From positions 1 to 63,166 of the forward strand of contig JAADCV010000100.1 in the NCBI GenBank assembly GCA_013154235.1: 63,166 bases of DNA, read 5' to 3'. Shown here piece by piece: positions 34,007 through 43,887 of the stretch (the first letter of the stretch is position 1; the number at the start of each line of letters is the position of its first letter). A program made the position numbers and the translations under genes. The notes under the pieces are model-generated. The model did no database searches, was not told the origin of the DNA, and saw only the letters and a program-made list of their open reading frames with translations. The stretch is from Thermoproteota archaeon (GTDB lineage: Archaea > Thermoproteota > Thermoprotei_A > Sulfolobales > Ignisphaeraceae).

Positions 34007-35071
34007 GTGTTGTCTAGGATTGCAGAAACGCGCAAGGTACAGCGCTTCGGCAGATCGACACTAATGGTTTCACTACCATCGGAGTGGGTCAAGAGCGTTG
34101 GGCTGAAGCCTGGAGACCTAGTTAGGATAGAGGTTAGGGACGACGGAACGCTGATGATAGTACCCGAAGCGCTTATAGAGAAGAGAATGAAGGGGAAGGA
34201 GGTGACCATAGTTGTCGATCATACAACCCCGGAGGAGGTTCTCGTCAGAAGCATCTACGCAATGTACATAGCGGGATACGATAGAATAAACGTGGAGTGC
34301 GACGAGCCTTACATACTGAGCCAGCAACTGCACGCGATACGAAACATTGTCAGGATGCTGATTGGAGCTGAGATAGTTGAGCAGACAGCCAACAAGGTAT
34401 CCATACAAGTGTTCATAGATGTTGAAAAGTATGGGCTCGAGAACCTTGTGCTTAGAATGATTAACGCATTAAAGAGCATGCTCGACTTCCTAATGCTCTC
34501 CATAAAGAGCGGAAAGCGCGAGCATCTACGCGAGCTCATGGAGCTAGAGTACGAGCTCGATAGGGTGCACGCGTTGGCTGTTAGATACACCTACGTTCTC
34601 AGCATGATGGGCGGAACCCCCTTCCTTACTGAATACAGGGCTCTCATAAAGGACTTTGAGGATATAGGCGACTCGCTAACTTGCGCTGCACAAGCCTTCG
34701 AAGATCAGCCCGAGATACTGAGCAAGATAGGGACCTCACTGTCTTACCAGCTCGATGAGCTAAAGGAGCTGCTATTCTATGCGTTCGATGTTATATACGA
34801 TGCGCTGACGAAGGAGGATGTTTATATAGCTACGAAGGCTGTCGACATAGCTATAGAGGTATCGAAGTTTGTATCTAAGCTAGAGAGCGAGATACTGCCG
34901 AAGTTCAACACCGCCGAGGAGTACTCGAGGATAAAGACATTCTTCGACAAGATGCAGCTTGTATGCAACCATCTTCAGGGAGCCGCGGAGCTATCCTTTG
35001 ATATTGTGTTGGGTAAGAGAAAGGAGCGAATAGACTTGCGTAGGAAGCCTAAGCTCACTCACTCCCGCTAG
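34007..35071 (+). CDS. AbrB/SpoVT-domain plus PhoU-domain regulator (archaeal PhoU-like)
   Basis: N-terminal KVQRFGRSTLMVSLPSEWVKSVGLKPGDLV swapped-hairpin domain, then two PhoU-like helical repeats. Confidence 0.75.
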   Translation: MLSRIAETRKVQRFGRSTLMVSLPSEWVKSVGLKPGDLVRIEVRDDGTLMIVPEALIEKRMKGKEVTIVVDHTTPEEVLVRSIYAMYIAGYDRINVECDEPYILSQQLHAIRNIVRMLIGAEIVEQTANKVSIQVFIDVEKYGLENLVLRMINALKSMLDFLMLSIKSGKREHLRELMELEYELDRVHALAVRYTYVLSMMGGTPFLTEYRALIKDFEDIGDSLTCAAQAFEDQPEILSKIGTSLSYQLDELKELLFYAFDVIYDALTKEDVYIATKAVDIAIEVSKFVSKLESEILPKFNTAEEYSRIKTFFDKMQLVCNHLQGAAELSFDIVLGKRKERIDLRRKPKLTHSR

Positions 35072-35729
35072 ATCTCTCCAGCACATCCCTTAGGTACGGT
35101 GATAGCGAAGCTACTTTCTCTAGTTTATCCCTATCAACCTTCAGGATCCCCTTCTCGATCAGCCTCTTTAAGCATCTTCGTAAAACCTTTCTTATTAGCC
35201 ATCTCTTGCTGAGGGTTCCGAACAGCTTTATAGATGCCTCTCTAATGCTTCTATACCTCATTACAGCATCCAGAATCCTAAGGTCTTCTTTCGACAGCTC
35301 GTTTCTTAGATATCTATAGGCTATGCGTGCAACATCAATAGGACTGAGACCTAGGTATACATCCTCGGGGTTAAGGTCCGTAAACGTTTTCTCCACTTCG
35401 AACTCTATGATCGTGACCGTATCGTCCGGAGATATCTTCCTTCCATAGACTCTCTCCAGATCCTTCAAGAGCTCGTCTAGAGACTCATATCCATCCTTTC
35501 GAGCATCTTCCTCAGTAAGCTCCCTAACCTTCTTATGCACGACCCTAACTATACGAGCTTTAGCTATAGGCCTTCCACCGCCGTGAATTATAACCTCGCT
35601 GTACCTAGGAATGACCTTTCCTAGCCTTATGGTGCTCCTCTTCCTCCCACTTAATATGAGATCCACGAACCTCCCTTTGACCATTATGTGCCTTCGCAAG
35701 AAAACCTTCTCGTCGCCCACGCCCTTCAC
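35055..35729 (-). CDS. ASCH-domain protein with C-terminal helical extension
   Basis: RFVDLILSGRKRSTIRLG....YSEVIIHGGGRPIAKARIVRV....ELTEEDARKDGYESLDELL. Confidence 0.6.
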   Translation of the reverse strand: MKGVGDEKVFLRRHIMVKGRFVDLILSGRKRSTIRLGKVIPRYSEVIIHGGGRPIAKARIVRVVHKKVRELTEEDARKDGYESLDELLKDLERVYGRKISPDDTVTIIEFEVEKTFTDLNPEDVYLGLSPIDVARIAYRYLRNELSKEDLRILDAVMRYRSIREASIKLFGTLSKRWLIRKVLRRCLKRLIEKGILKVDRDKLEKVASLSPYLRDVLERSSGSE

Positions 35730-35796
35730 CCTCAGATCAGATTCCGTTTAGAGGATATAGGTCGCTGCTGGTATAGGCTTTCGCGAGGTAGAGGGC

Positions 35797-36519
35797 ATGA
35801 GGATTCTCGTAATTAGCGATATACATGGAAACGCTGATGCACTTCTAGCTGTGCTCAACGCAATCAAGAGCTTCGACAACGTTATCGTGCTAGGAGACCT
35901 TGTTGACTACGGTCCGGAGCCCGAGAAGGTGATCGATATAGTTAGGAGCCATGGGTACACCGCAGTGATGGGCAACCATGATTACGCTGCAGCCTTTAAC
36001 GAAGACTGTAGATGTGGGCCAGCAACAAAGGACCTGAGTATCTACACAAGGAAGAACATAACGCTCAGAAAGCTCAGCAAAAACGATTTAGCATACCTAT
36101 CATCGCTGCCTAAGATGCTAGAGCTTAGCGTAGGCGCAAGAATGGTGCTCTGCGTTCACGCAACCCCGCGCGAGCCCCTGTTCAAGTATCTATACCCCTG
36201 GTCACCGCCAATGGAGATAAACGAGGAGGTGCTCTCTGTAGCCGGTAGCTATAGCGCTGTTCTAGTAGGCCACACGCACCACCAGTTCTTAAGAACCCAG
36301 AGAAGCATATGGCTGATCAATCCCGGTTCTGTAGGACAGCCTAGAGATGGCGATCCACGTGCCTCCGCAGCGTTAGTGGATGAGGAGGGGGTGAAGTTCA
36401 TTAGGGTGAAGTACGATATCGATACGGTTCTTAGGAAGCTGAGGGACGAGGTCAAGCAAGACGATGTGTACTCGAGACTAGCTAGCATACTGCTCAGAGG
36501 ATGCGTTCAGCTCACATAA
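35797..36519 (+). CDS. Metallophosphoesterase (MJ0936/YfcE-like)
   Basis: ISDIHGN, GDLVDYGPEP, GNHD, GHTH motifs in canonical order. Confidence 0.85.
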   Translation: MRILVISDIHGNADALLAVLNAIKSFDNVIVLGDLVDYGPEPEKVIDIVRSHGYTAVMGNHDYAAAFNEDCRCGPATKDLSIYTRKNITLRKLSKNDLAYLSSLPKMLELSVGARMVLCVHATPREPLFKYLYPWSPPMEINEEVLSVAGSYSAVLVGHTHHQFLRTQRSIWLINPGSVGQPRDGDPRASAALVDEEGVKFIRVKYDIDTVLRKLRDEVKQDDVYSRLASILLRGCVQLT

Positions 36520-36520
36520 G

Positions 36521-37237
36521 TTATCTCATACCTGGCGGCACGCAAACTACTGGAACTATTGCTAGAGCTGCCGCAACATTCTCACTGAACTCCTTTTCGC
36601 GGAGTATACTGAGCGAAACTCTAAGCATATCGATGTATAGCAGGAATGGTTCCCCTTGACTCCTCGAGATCCTCCAATACCTCTTAATATCGCTCGATAT
36701 TCTGCTACGACGCTCCTCAACGATTTTCTCCGCATTGACTAACCCTGATCTCAGAAGCTCTATGGATTCCGTTACGCACTGCTCGTAGAAATCAAGAACC
36801 GTATAATCTGCGATCCTCAGATGCAGCTTCCAATCCTGGACCTTCATCGAGGAGAGATCGGTGAGCACCTTAGCCGCAGCGAGCTTTTCGTAGACCGCTA
36901 TGGTTTGCCTACCGATCGCTATAAGCGGCGATATGTATGTAGATGCTAGGACCAGCGCCTCCGCAGCTGTCTCCTCTAGTCCTAGGGCTCTCCCAAGCTC
37001 GTTAGCGAACCTCTCCAGCTCGCTTACAGGATAGACTAGCTGTCGAAGAGGTTTACCTAGATACCTCTCCAGCTTGCTTCTGTAGCGAGCTAGTAGCGTA
37101 GGACCTACGCCTAGATCCCTATATCTGAACCTAGCTGCTAGCCACTTAATGCTCTCCTCGCAACCATCCTCATCAAGATGCGCGGCGATTACCCCACGAA
37201 GGTTCTTGACTATAGCTGCGTACCTAGCGAACGACAT
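36521..37237 (-). CDS. Hypothetical protein, 238 aa
   Basis: Long ATG ORF, helical; no motif recognised. Confidence 0.5.
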   Translation of the reverse strand: MSFARYAAIVKNLRGVIAAHLDEDGCEESIKWLAARFRYRDLGVGPTLLARYRSKLERYLGKPLRQLVYPVSELERFANELGRALGLEETAAEALVLASTYISPLIAIGRQTIAVYEKLAAAKVLTDLSSMKVQDWKLHLRIADYTVLDFYEQCVTESIELLRSGLVNAEKIVEERRSRISSDIKRYWRISRSQGEPFLLYIDMLRVSLSILREKEFSENVAAALAIVPVVCVPPGMR

Positions 37238-37241
37238 TATC

Positions 37242-38048
37242 TCACTTCACTAGAACCTTCCCACAGCTTTGCCATCCTAGCTTTCTGAGTATCCTAACAA
37301 CTTCGTTAACAGCTGATATAACCAGATCTCGCGGTACCCCACTAACTCCAGCAGCTACTATCAACACTCTCTCAGTTCTATCGCTTACACAAGTCTCAAC
37401 GCTATCCCTATGAGGATACAGATGCATAACCACGCCTCTAGAATCAACCATTATTGGCACGCCTCTAGGCACGACACGCTCCTTACCACCAATGGGCTTA
37501 AACAGCTCTCCCCCGCTACTCATTACTATACGTAGAGGGGGCATCGCCCTATCGAGGTCGTATATACCTATAGCTACAAGCGTTCTAGCTGAAGCAATAT
37601 TGCCAGCATCTACAACAGGGTTTATGCGTGGGAAAGCACCCCTTATAGCTCTACGCAGCAGCGCCTCGCTAGCTGGCCTAGTCTTTGTAGGATCAATTCC
37701 TATTCTCCAGAAGAAGCTTCTGTAAGCCCTAACTACGGGATTTTCCTTCAGCGACTCTAGATCGTATCGCTCTCCAACCTCTTCGAGCAGCGAACTGATT
37801 TCCTTGTCGATAACCTTTTCGTCTAGCTTCAGCTGCTCCGAAGGCTTCCAAGCGACTGTGTACGCAACGTGAACTCCTATACTCTTACAATCGCTATCGA
37901 TATCTAGAACCCTTTCGAGATCCTCGCATACGGGATCCACCTCCAAAGCCCTACCCCGTGAAGAGGTCTTAAAAACCGAGTTATGAGTTCGCTTGAGGAG
38001 CGAGGTAATGGCTGGAGTAATCAAGGGTATAGCTAGAGCTCCACGCAC
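37242..38048 (-). CDS. B3/B4 tRNA-binding-domain protein (PheRS-beta B3/4-like)
   Basis: IDPTKTRPASEALLRRAIRG.FPRINPVVDAGNIASARTLVAIGIYDLD. Start uncertain because the called ORF overlaps the divergent neighbour. Confidence 0.65.
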   Translation of the reverse strand: MRGALAIPLITPAITSLLKRTHNSVFKTSSRGRALEVDPVCEDLERVLDIDSDCKSIGVHVAYTVAWKPSEQLKLDEKVIDKEISSLLEEVGERYDLESLKENPVVRAYRSFFWRIGIDPTKTRPASEALLRRAIRGAFPRINPVVDAGNIASARTLVAIGIYDLDRAMPPLRIVMSSGGELFKPIGGKERVVPRGVPIMVDSRGVVMHLYPHRDSVETCVSDRTERVLIVAAGVSGVPRDLVISAVNEVVRILRKLGWQSCGKVLVK

Positions 38049-39372
38049 TATCTATGCTGCCTTCGCTCTAGAGGCGCTGATATCGGGGTTCTACGTAGTT
38101 ATAACAAGGAGCCTCGCACCGATATTCTTTGCTGTATATGGGCTCCCGCTCGTCGATATAGTCAAGCTCAATCTTCTCGCTAACATTGCAGCTCTAGCTC
38201 TCGCACTAGCTATCTACAGCTACGGAAACATCTTTGTCTCTGGAAGAACGAGGGCAAAGCTAGCGCTGTTCCATGGTCTAGAGCGCGTGTGCTGGGCGAT
38301 GATACCTCTATCAGCGTTCTACGCGCCCTCGCTACTCCCGGTAACGTACGCTGCTGCAGTATGCGCTACCGTTCCAACGAGCATACTCATCAACGTCTCC
38401 ATAATAAATAGCGTGGATAGCCAGACCGTGAAGAGGCTGTTCGCGCATAGAAGTGCGCTAGGTGCTGTGTCTAGCGTTATAGGGCAAGTCACTATGGTTG
38501 CTGCGCTCGCTCTAATCCCCTCGTTCTCCAAGTACCTCTACCTCTACCTGCTAGCATCTGGAGTAGGGCTCATAGCAACCACGATAGTCGCGTCAGCACC
38601 CATAGTGGGAGTAGAGAACGTGTATAGCGAGAGCGAGGAGGAGGCTCTGGTTAAGGCATCGACCTCCTTCACTTTCTTCGTAACACTGCTAGCGTCCACG
38701 TCAATACTTGGGGTGGTATGGGGGCCGCACCTAATCAAGGATCTTCGTGCCCCAGCGTTCGTCGCAGCATCGCTAGGTCTTGTACAGACAGTTACAAGCA
38801 TCGGTGCATCTATACTATGGCAGCGCGCTAAATACACCATGTATCGGGCGGCTGTTCTAGGCACAGCAGTCACGCCTATACTCGTAGCGCTTGTCCCTAA
38901 TCCCTACGCACACCTAGGGATAGCAGCACTCTATGCTTTTACCAATACTGGAGCCAACTTCCTAGCTAGCTTCATATTCGCAGACGTATCTAGAAGGGTG
39001 GGCGTGTTCAAGTCATCAACGATGCTCACCAGCGCTTGGGTACTATCGCAGGTCGTTGGTTTAGCCCCTTGCTATCTAGCGCTAGCTGCTGGTGCGCCAA
39101 CGTGGGTCGCATTCGCTGTATGCATAGGCTTCGTCGCGCTCTCAAGCTTTATCGCATTTACAGCCCTCCCAGAGGTAGCCCTGGTACCGCCTCACATAGC
39201 TAATCTCTACGCTAGAAACCTCTACCAGCTCTCTATAGCTAGCTACACCTTCGTAATGTTCACGGTCAAGAGCTACGCGCTGCTAGCTGTAAGGCTCCTA
39301 GCTTTAGCGTTCGTAATTCTCTTACTGTTCGTAATTTATAGGGTTCTCTACTACTTAGCGTCGGCTGGATAG
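38008..39372 (+). CDS. Polytopic membrane transporter (MFS-like)
   Basis: About 12 hydrophobic segments; ATG 38008. Confidence 0.6.
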   Translation: MAGVIKGIARAPRTIYAAFALEALISGFYVVITRSLAPIFFAVYGLPLVDIVKLNLLANIAALALALAIYSYGNIFVSGRTRAKLALFHGLERVCWAMIPLSAFYAPSLLPVTYAAAVCATVPTSILINVSIINSVDSQTVKRLFAHRSALGAVSSVIGQVTMVAALALIPSFSKYLYLYLLASGVGLIATTIVASAPIVGVENVYSESEEEALVKASTSFTFFVTLLASTSILGVVWGPHLIKDLRAPAFVAASLGLVQTVTSIGASILWQRAKYTMYRAAVLGTAVTPILVALVPNPYAHLGIAALYAFTNTGANFLASFIFADVSRRVGVFKSSTMLTSAWVLSQVVGLAPCYLALAAGAPTWVAFAVCIGFVALSSFIAFTALPEVALVPPHIANLYARNLYQLSIASYTFVMFTVKSYALLAVRLLALAFVILLLFVIYRVLYYLASAG

Positions 39373-39376
39373 AGCG

Positions 39377-40018
39377 ATGAGTGCATCGCCTCTAGCCAAC
39401 GAGACCCTGATAAACGTGCTGCGGGAGGCGCTTCGAAACACTATCCGTGACCTACTGGCGATAGCGCCGAAGGTTTTCGTAGCTGCGCTGGTGGTTGCGC
39501 TGATTGCGGTCGTGGGGATGCTGATTGTTCGCATGGTTAAGAGGATCCTTGCATCGCTACGCGTGGATGACCTCGTGAAGCCTGTTGTCGAGCGGTACCA
39601 GATACCAGTATCCATAACCGGTATAGTCGTGGCACTAATCGAGGTTGGACTAGCTATTCTAGCGATATACGCAATAACCTACAGTCTATTCCCGAGTTTC
39701 GTGACCTACGTCAACGCATTCATGAACTTGGTTGGCAAGGTGATAAGCGTTATCGTAATGATATTCGTTGTTGTAATATCACTAACGCTAGTGGTCGAGA
39801 GAATGCGTATAGAGCGTGGTCTCAGAGGATTCATGCTTCTTCTAACTCTTCTAATATCACTAACGCTAATCATAGACGTGACCAACATAAGTCCGGATCT
39901 CAAGAAGGCGCTAGCCTGGGGGCTAAGCTTAGGGATAGGCCTATCGATAGGTGTATTCACAGCATGGTACTTCTTCGGCGAGCTGCTCGAGAAGAAGTGC
40001 CGTAGCGACCAACGCTAG
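39377..40018 (+). CDS. Membrane protein, 213 aa
   Basis: Five or so TM segments; follows the previous gene by 4 nt. Confidence 0.55.
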   Translation: MSASPLANETLINVLREALRNTIRDLLAIAPKVFVAALVVALIAVVGMLIVRMVKRILASLRVDDLVKPVVERYQIPVSITGIVVALIEVGLAILAIYAITYSLFPSFVTYVNAFMNLVGKVISVIVMIFVVVISLTLVVERMRIERGLRGFMLLLTLLISLTLIIDVTNISPDLKKALAWGLSLGIGLSIGVFTAWYFFGELLEKKCRSDQR

Positions 40019-40671
40019 CACTCCACCACCCTCTCAATGCATTCAGGAGGAACATACTCCACTGTTCTTACGCTAGACGAAGCCTCGTAAACGCGTATAC
40101 CCTTGCTACGTAGGCACTCAGCATCGATCACTAGCACAACCACGTCGTTCCCGTGCCTCTTACCCACGCTACACGCGTCCCCGAGCGTTGTAGATAGGTG
40201 CACGAACATCCTCCTCATGGGCTTCACGCCCTCGCGCAGTATTCTAGTCAAGGCTCTTCGCGTAGTCCCGTGATACAGCACACGAGCACTGCGATCCAAC
40301 GGATACTCTATTTTTAGGCCTAGACGAGACGCGTGCCCGTACCTAGCGCGAATGAGCCCGTTTCTAACCTCGTATCTCCCCTTAGGATCCGTTAGCGCTA
40401 CCGCCATGATATGCAGTGGCTGCACCCACCTGTACTCATCTCTATTCCTCCAACGCTCTCTGATCGCGCGAGCAAGCTCATCGATGGGAACCCATCCACC
40501 GTCATCAAGCTCTAGCCCAGCACTCTCTGGGCAGTGCCGTAGAAGAAACGCCATTAACTTACTGAGCTTAACCCTTCTCACGCCGTCAATCACTAGCTCT
40601 GCTTGTTCACCACAGTGGTAGGGAAGCTCCGTGAAGCTACCGCACTTCCTACATCTATAAACGGACTTCAT
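40015..40671 (-). CDS. kptA: RNA 2'-phosphotransferase (Tpt1/KptA) with N-terminal zinc-ribbon-like extension
   Basis: LSKLMAFLLRH.P, ..RYE......IRARYGHS, ..LYHGT......I...G.KPM.R..VHLS motifs. Extra N-terminus YRCRKCGSFTELPYHCGE. Confidence 0.8.
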   Translation of the reverse strand: MKSVYRCRKCGSFTELPYHCGEQAELVIDGVRRVKLSKLMAFLLRHCPESAGLELDDGGWVPIDELARAIRERWRNRDEYRWVQPLHIMAVALTDPKGRYEVRNGLIRARYGHASRLGLKIEYPLDRSARVLYHGTTRRALTRILREGVKPMRRMFVHLSTTLGDACSVGKRHGNDVVVLVIDAECLRSKGIRVYEASSSVRTVEYVPPECIERVVEC

Positions 40672-40700
40672 ACCCTAGGGGTATAGGTAACGGGGGTAAA

Positions 40701-41501
40701 ATGGTGATCTGCAACGAGATCGCAGCTCCGGAAGTACCTATAGAGAAAGCCATGATAGCTCTGTGCTATCCAGCGCCGTGGGATACCTCGTGCAAGGACA
40801 GGATTCGTGAGCTGAGAAGCTTAGGGATTACCTCTATACTATCCTATGGAAGGTTCCGCGTAACGCAATTCATATCGGTTGTAGGAAAAGGTCATGCAGC
40901 TGTAGTCCTCCTAGCTAGGCACTCGAAGCACGGGATTGTCGCTGTAAAGGCTAGAAGGCTCGATTCTAAGCGCAGCAGCCTTGAACTCGAGGGAAGGCTT
41001 CTAGAGATAGCTCGCGAAACGTGCTTCGTTCCGTCGGTATACGCGTATACGCGCAACTTCATAGTGAGAGAGTTCATCGAAGGCCCAACGCTCCAAGAGT
41101 ACCTACGGAAAGCTCGCAGAGATCGCGAGTCTAGGTCTACGCTCCGCATGCTGTTCTCGAGAGTAGCGCTCGGATTCGCTAAGCTTGACGCTATAGGTAT
41201 AGATGTTGATGAGGTCTCGAGACCACTAACGCAAATAGTTATCGAGTGCGGCGATCCAAACAAGCCAAAGCTTATCGATTTAGAGAGCGCGAGGCTCTCG
41301 AGCCGACCTAGCAGCCTCACAAGATTTCTAGGATCCCTAGCTAGAGCAGTAGACGGAATCCCCATCTTCGAGCTGCTGGGTCTAAGCCTAGAGGAGTTTA
41401 GGGCGCTTCGCGAGCTAGCTAGCGAATATAAGAGGTCCGTACACTCAACACAACGTGAGAAGGTGGTGAATCGCATCATATCCTTGCTAAAGGGCGCGTG
41501 A
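40701..41501 (+). CDS. Protein-kinase-like (RIO/Bud32-like) protein
   Basis: GKGHAAVVLLA.....VAVKARR.., ..FIVREFIEGPTL.., ..IDLES are kinase-like subdomains; assignment tentative. Confidence 0.5.
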   Translation: MVICNEIAAPEVPIEKAMIALCYPAPWDTSCKDRIRELRSLGITSILSYGRFRVTQFISVVGKGHAAVVLLARHSKHGIVAVKARRLDSKRSSLELEGRLLEIARETCFVPSVYAYTRNFIVREFIEGPTLQEYLRKARRDRESRSTLRMLFSRVALGFAKLDAIGIDVDEVSRPLTQIVIECGDPNKPKLIDLESARLSSRPSSLTRFLGSLARAVDGIPIFELLGLSLEEFRALRELASEYKRSVHSTQREKVVNRIISLLKGA

Positions 41502-41550
41502 TGAGCACGGCTGTATCTGAGACCCCGATGATGTGAACCCGTGTTTCTGA
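41498..41550 (+). ncRNA. C/D box sRNA candidate 5
   Basis: C GUGAUGA 41498-41504 (contains the UGA stop of the kinase-like ORF), 12-nt guide, D' CUGA 41517-41520, 7-nt spacer, C' AUGAUGU 41528-41534, 12-nt guide, D CUGA 41547-41550. Confidence 0.75.
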
Positions 41551-41553
41551 TAA

Positions 41554-42474
41554 TCACTCGTACTTGTAGTACGGCTCTCTGAGCTCGTTAACCTCAACAA
41601 ACTTTGCTATAACACAGTCCAACACTCTTCCTTCATTACTCTTAAAACAGTTGAATAAATCAATCGACGACCTCAATGCAATACAGGGAAGCAGCTTTCC
41701 ATCAGGAGAAAGCCTAACGCGATCGCAGAACATACAGAACCTTGGGTTGCCAAACCACGCAACAATCTCAACCTCAACTCCGTTCTCTAGAACATAAACC
41801 GGTCTAGCATGAAGCTGCCTTGTATACACTCTACGAGCGCGCGCCTCTAGGCGCTCAACTATATCGTTTAGAGATCTATGATACCTCGAGAACACATCTA
41901 TACCCGACCCCACGGGCTCGAGCTCAATGAGCCTTAGTCTAGCCTCGTATCTCGAGGCTAACTCAAGCAGTCTCTCGAGATCCTCTATGGTGAAGCTCTT
42001 GAGAACAACTGTGTTTATAGTTATAGGCGTTAGCCCATAGAGATACGCCTCCTTAATACCATTCAAGACCTTCTCTAGAGCATCAACGCCAGTTACAGAC
42101 CGGAAAACATCTCTTCTCGTACTAGGAAGACTTACGCAGACCCTCCTCAACCCAGCCTCCGCAAGCTTACCCGATAGCTCTGCCAGGTAGAACCCATTTG
42201 TCGTCATAGAGACCTCCTTAACGTTCTCAGAAAAGACTCTAACTATATCAACAACATCCTCTCTAACGAGAGGCTCGCCACCAGTTAACTTAACTCTTTC
42301 TATACCAAGAGCTTTGCACGCTCTACCAACAACTTCGTAATGATGGGGAGACAAGAGCTCACTGCAGCTCCTAGGCATTCCCTCATTATGGCAGTACACG
42401 CACCTAAAGTTGCAGCGAGATGTCACCGATACTCTAAGGCTCTTAAGTGGTCTACCGAAGCGATCTCTTAGCAC
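41554..42474 (-). CDS. moaA: GTP 3',8-cyclase MoaA (molybdenum cofactor biosynthesis)
   Basis: LRVSVTSRCNFRCVYCH radical-SAM cluster, KLTGGEPL, C-terminal CxxCxxxRL..DG second cluster. Confidence 0.9.
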   Translation of the reverse strand: MLRDRFGRPLKSLRVSVTSRCNFRCVYCHNEGMPRSCSELLSPHHYEVVGRACKALGIERVKLTGGEPLVREDVVDIVRVFSENVKEVSMTTNGFYLAELSGKLAEAGLRRVCVSLPSTRRDVFRSVTGVDALEKVLNGIKEAYLYGLTPITINTVVLKSFTIEDLERLLELASRYEARLRLIELEPVGSGIDVFSRYHRSLNDIVERLEARARRVYTRQLHARPVYVLENGVEVEIVAWFGNPRFCMFCDRVRLSPDGKLLPCIALRSSIDLFNCFKSNEGRVLDCVIAKFVEVNELREPYYKYE

Positions 42475-42535
42475 CAGGCGTCAGCACCCCTGCACTATAC
42501 CTAGGATCGATTGCTGCATCTATAAGGGTGTTACT

Positions 42536-43858
42536 ATGATTAGAAGCCTGGGCGTAGCAATACTGTACTTCTCGAGAAGCGGTAAGTATGGTGCATACGC
42601 TCTAGCTGCAGCTCTCGAATCGAGGCACAAAGACCTGCACGCTCTCCTCATAGATCTCGATAGGGAATCGTGTGTTGTAGAGAGACTGCGGGAACTCGCT
42701 AGGAAGTTCCGCAAGCTGATAGTTGGCGTGTCTTTCAACAGCTTGAAGCTCGATTACGTGCGACACCTAGCCTCAGCCATAAAAACTTTCATTCCTAACG
42801 CTATCCTTGTTGCCGGAGGCCCGCATCCCTCAGCTGATCCCCTAGGAACGCTAACAAAGCTAGGCTTTGATCTAGCTGTGGTAGGAGAAGGAGAGGAAAC
42901 AATGCTAGAGCTTGTAGAGGATATGCGCAACGGAGGCGAGGGGCGTGTCTGCGGAACTGCATACATCGAAGGTAGCTCTGTAGTTGTTAAGAGGAGGTCG
43001 AGATTCGTAAACCTAGACGAGTTCCCTCCGACTCCCACATGGAGAGGGATATTCGGCCCAATAGAGATAATGCGTGGCTGCGCCTCTTGTTGCCGCTTCT
43101 GCCAAGTATGCTACGTTTTCGGAAGGCCGCGTTACAGATCCAAGTACGCCATCCTTAGCTACGCTAGAGCTATGTGGAGCAAGGGTCTCCGGGATCTCCG
43201 CTTTATAGCCCCGAACTCATTTGGCTGGGCAAGCAACGATGGTATCAAGCCTAATCCCTCAGCACTCCTAGACCTCTTAGAGTCTTTGAGAGCCGAAGCC
43301 GATAGATATGGAGGAAGAATATTCCTCGGCACATTCCCAAGCGAGGTTAGGCCTGATTCTACGGATCCAGAAATGGTTAAAGAGCTTCGAGGCTTAGTTG
43401 ATAACAAGAGAGTTATAGTGGGTGCGCAGAGCGGTTCGGATAGAATGCTCAAGCTGATGAATAGGCGCCACAGTGCGCAGGATGTCATTGATGCCGTAGA
43501 TGCGCTAATCAAAGCAGGCTTTGAGGTAGACGTAGACATAATATTCGGACTTCCCGGCGAGACACACGATGATATTCTCGAGACCTTAAAACTGTGTAAA
43601 GCGCTCGTAGACATGGGAGCGCGAATACATGCACACACATTCATGCCCCTACCGGGAACCCCTCTCGACTCTGCACCGCCGGGTTCCATCCCTCACTGGG
43701 TTAAGAAGGAGATAGCGAAGCTTGTAGGCAAGGGAAAAGCTTATGGGTATTGGCGTGAGCAAGAGGTTCTTGCACGCGTTCTCGTCAGCTTCCGAGAGTC
43801 CAAGCTCTTTTACACCCTACATGAACAGAGAAAACGTATAAAAACGGTAATTTGCTAA
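42536..43858 (+). CDS. B12-binding-domain/radical SAM protein (MJ1487-like)
   Basis: N-terminal Rossmann-like domain (VGVSFNS..VAGGPHPS), EIMRGCASCCRFC cluster. ATG 42536 avoids overlap with moaA. Confidence 0.8.
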   Translation: MIRSLGVAILYFSRSGKYGAYALAAALESRHKDLHALLIDLDRESCVVERLRELARKFRKLIVGVSFNSLKLDYVRHLASAIKTFIPNAILVAGGPHPSADPLGTLTKLGFDLAVVGEGEETMLELVEDMRNGGEGRVCGTAYIEGSSVVVKRRSRFVNLDEFPPTPTWRGIFGPIEIMRGCASCCRFCQVCYVFGRPRYRSKYAILSYARAMWSKGLRDLRFIAPNSFGWASNDGIKPNPSALLDLLESLRAEADRYGGRIFLGTFPSEVRPDSTDPEMVKELRGLVDNKRVIVGAQSGSDRMLKLMNRRHSAQDVIDAVDALIKAGFEVDVDIIFGLPGETHDDILETLKLCKALVDMGARIHAHTFMPLPGTPLDSAPPGSIPHWVKKEIAKLVGKGKAYGYWREQEVLARVLVSFRESKLFYTLHEQRKRIKTVIC

Positions 43859-43887
43859 CATCTGTCCAAGACCTCTGCGCAAAATTG

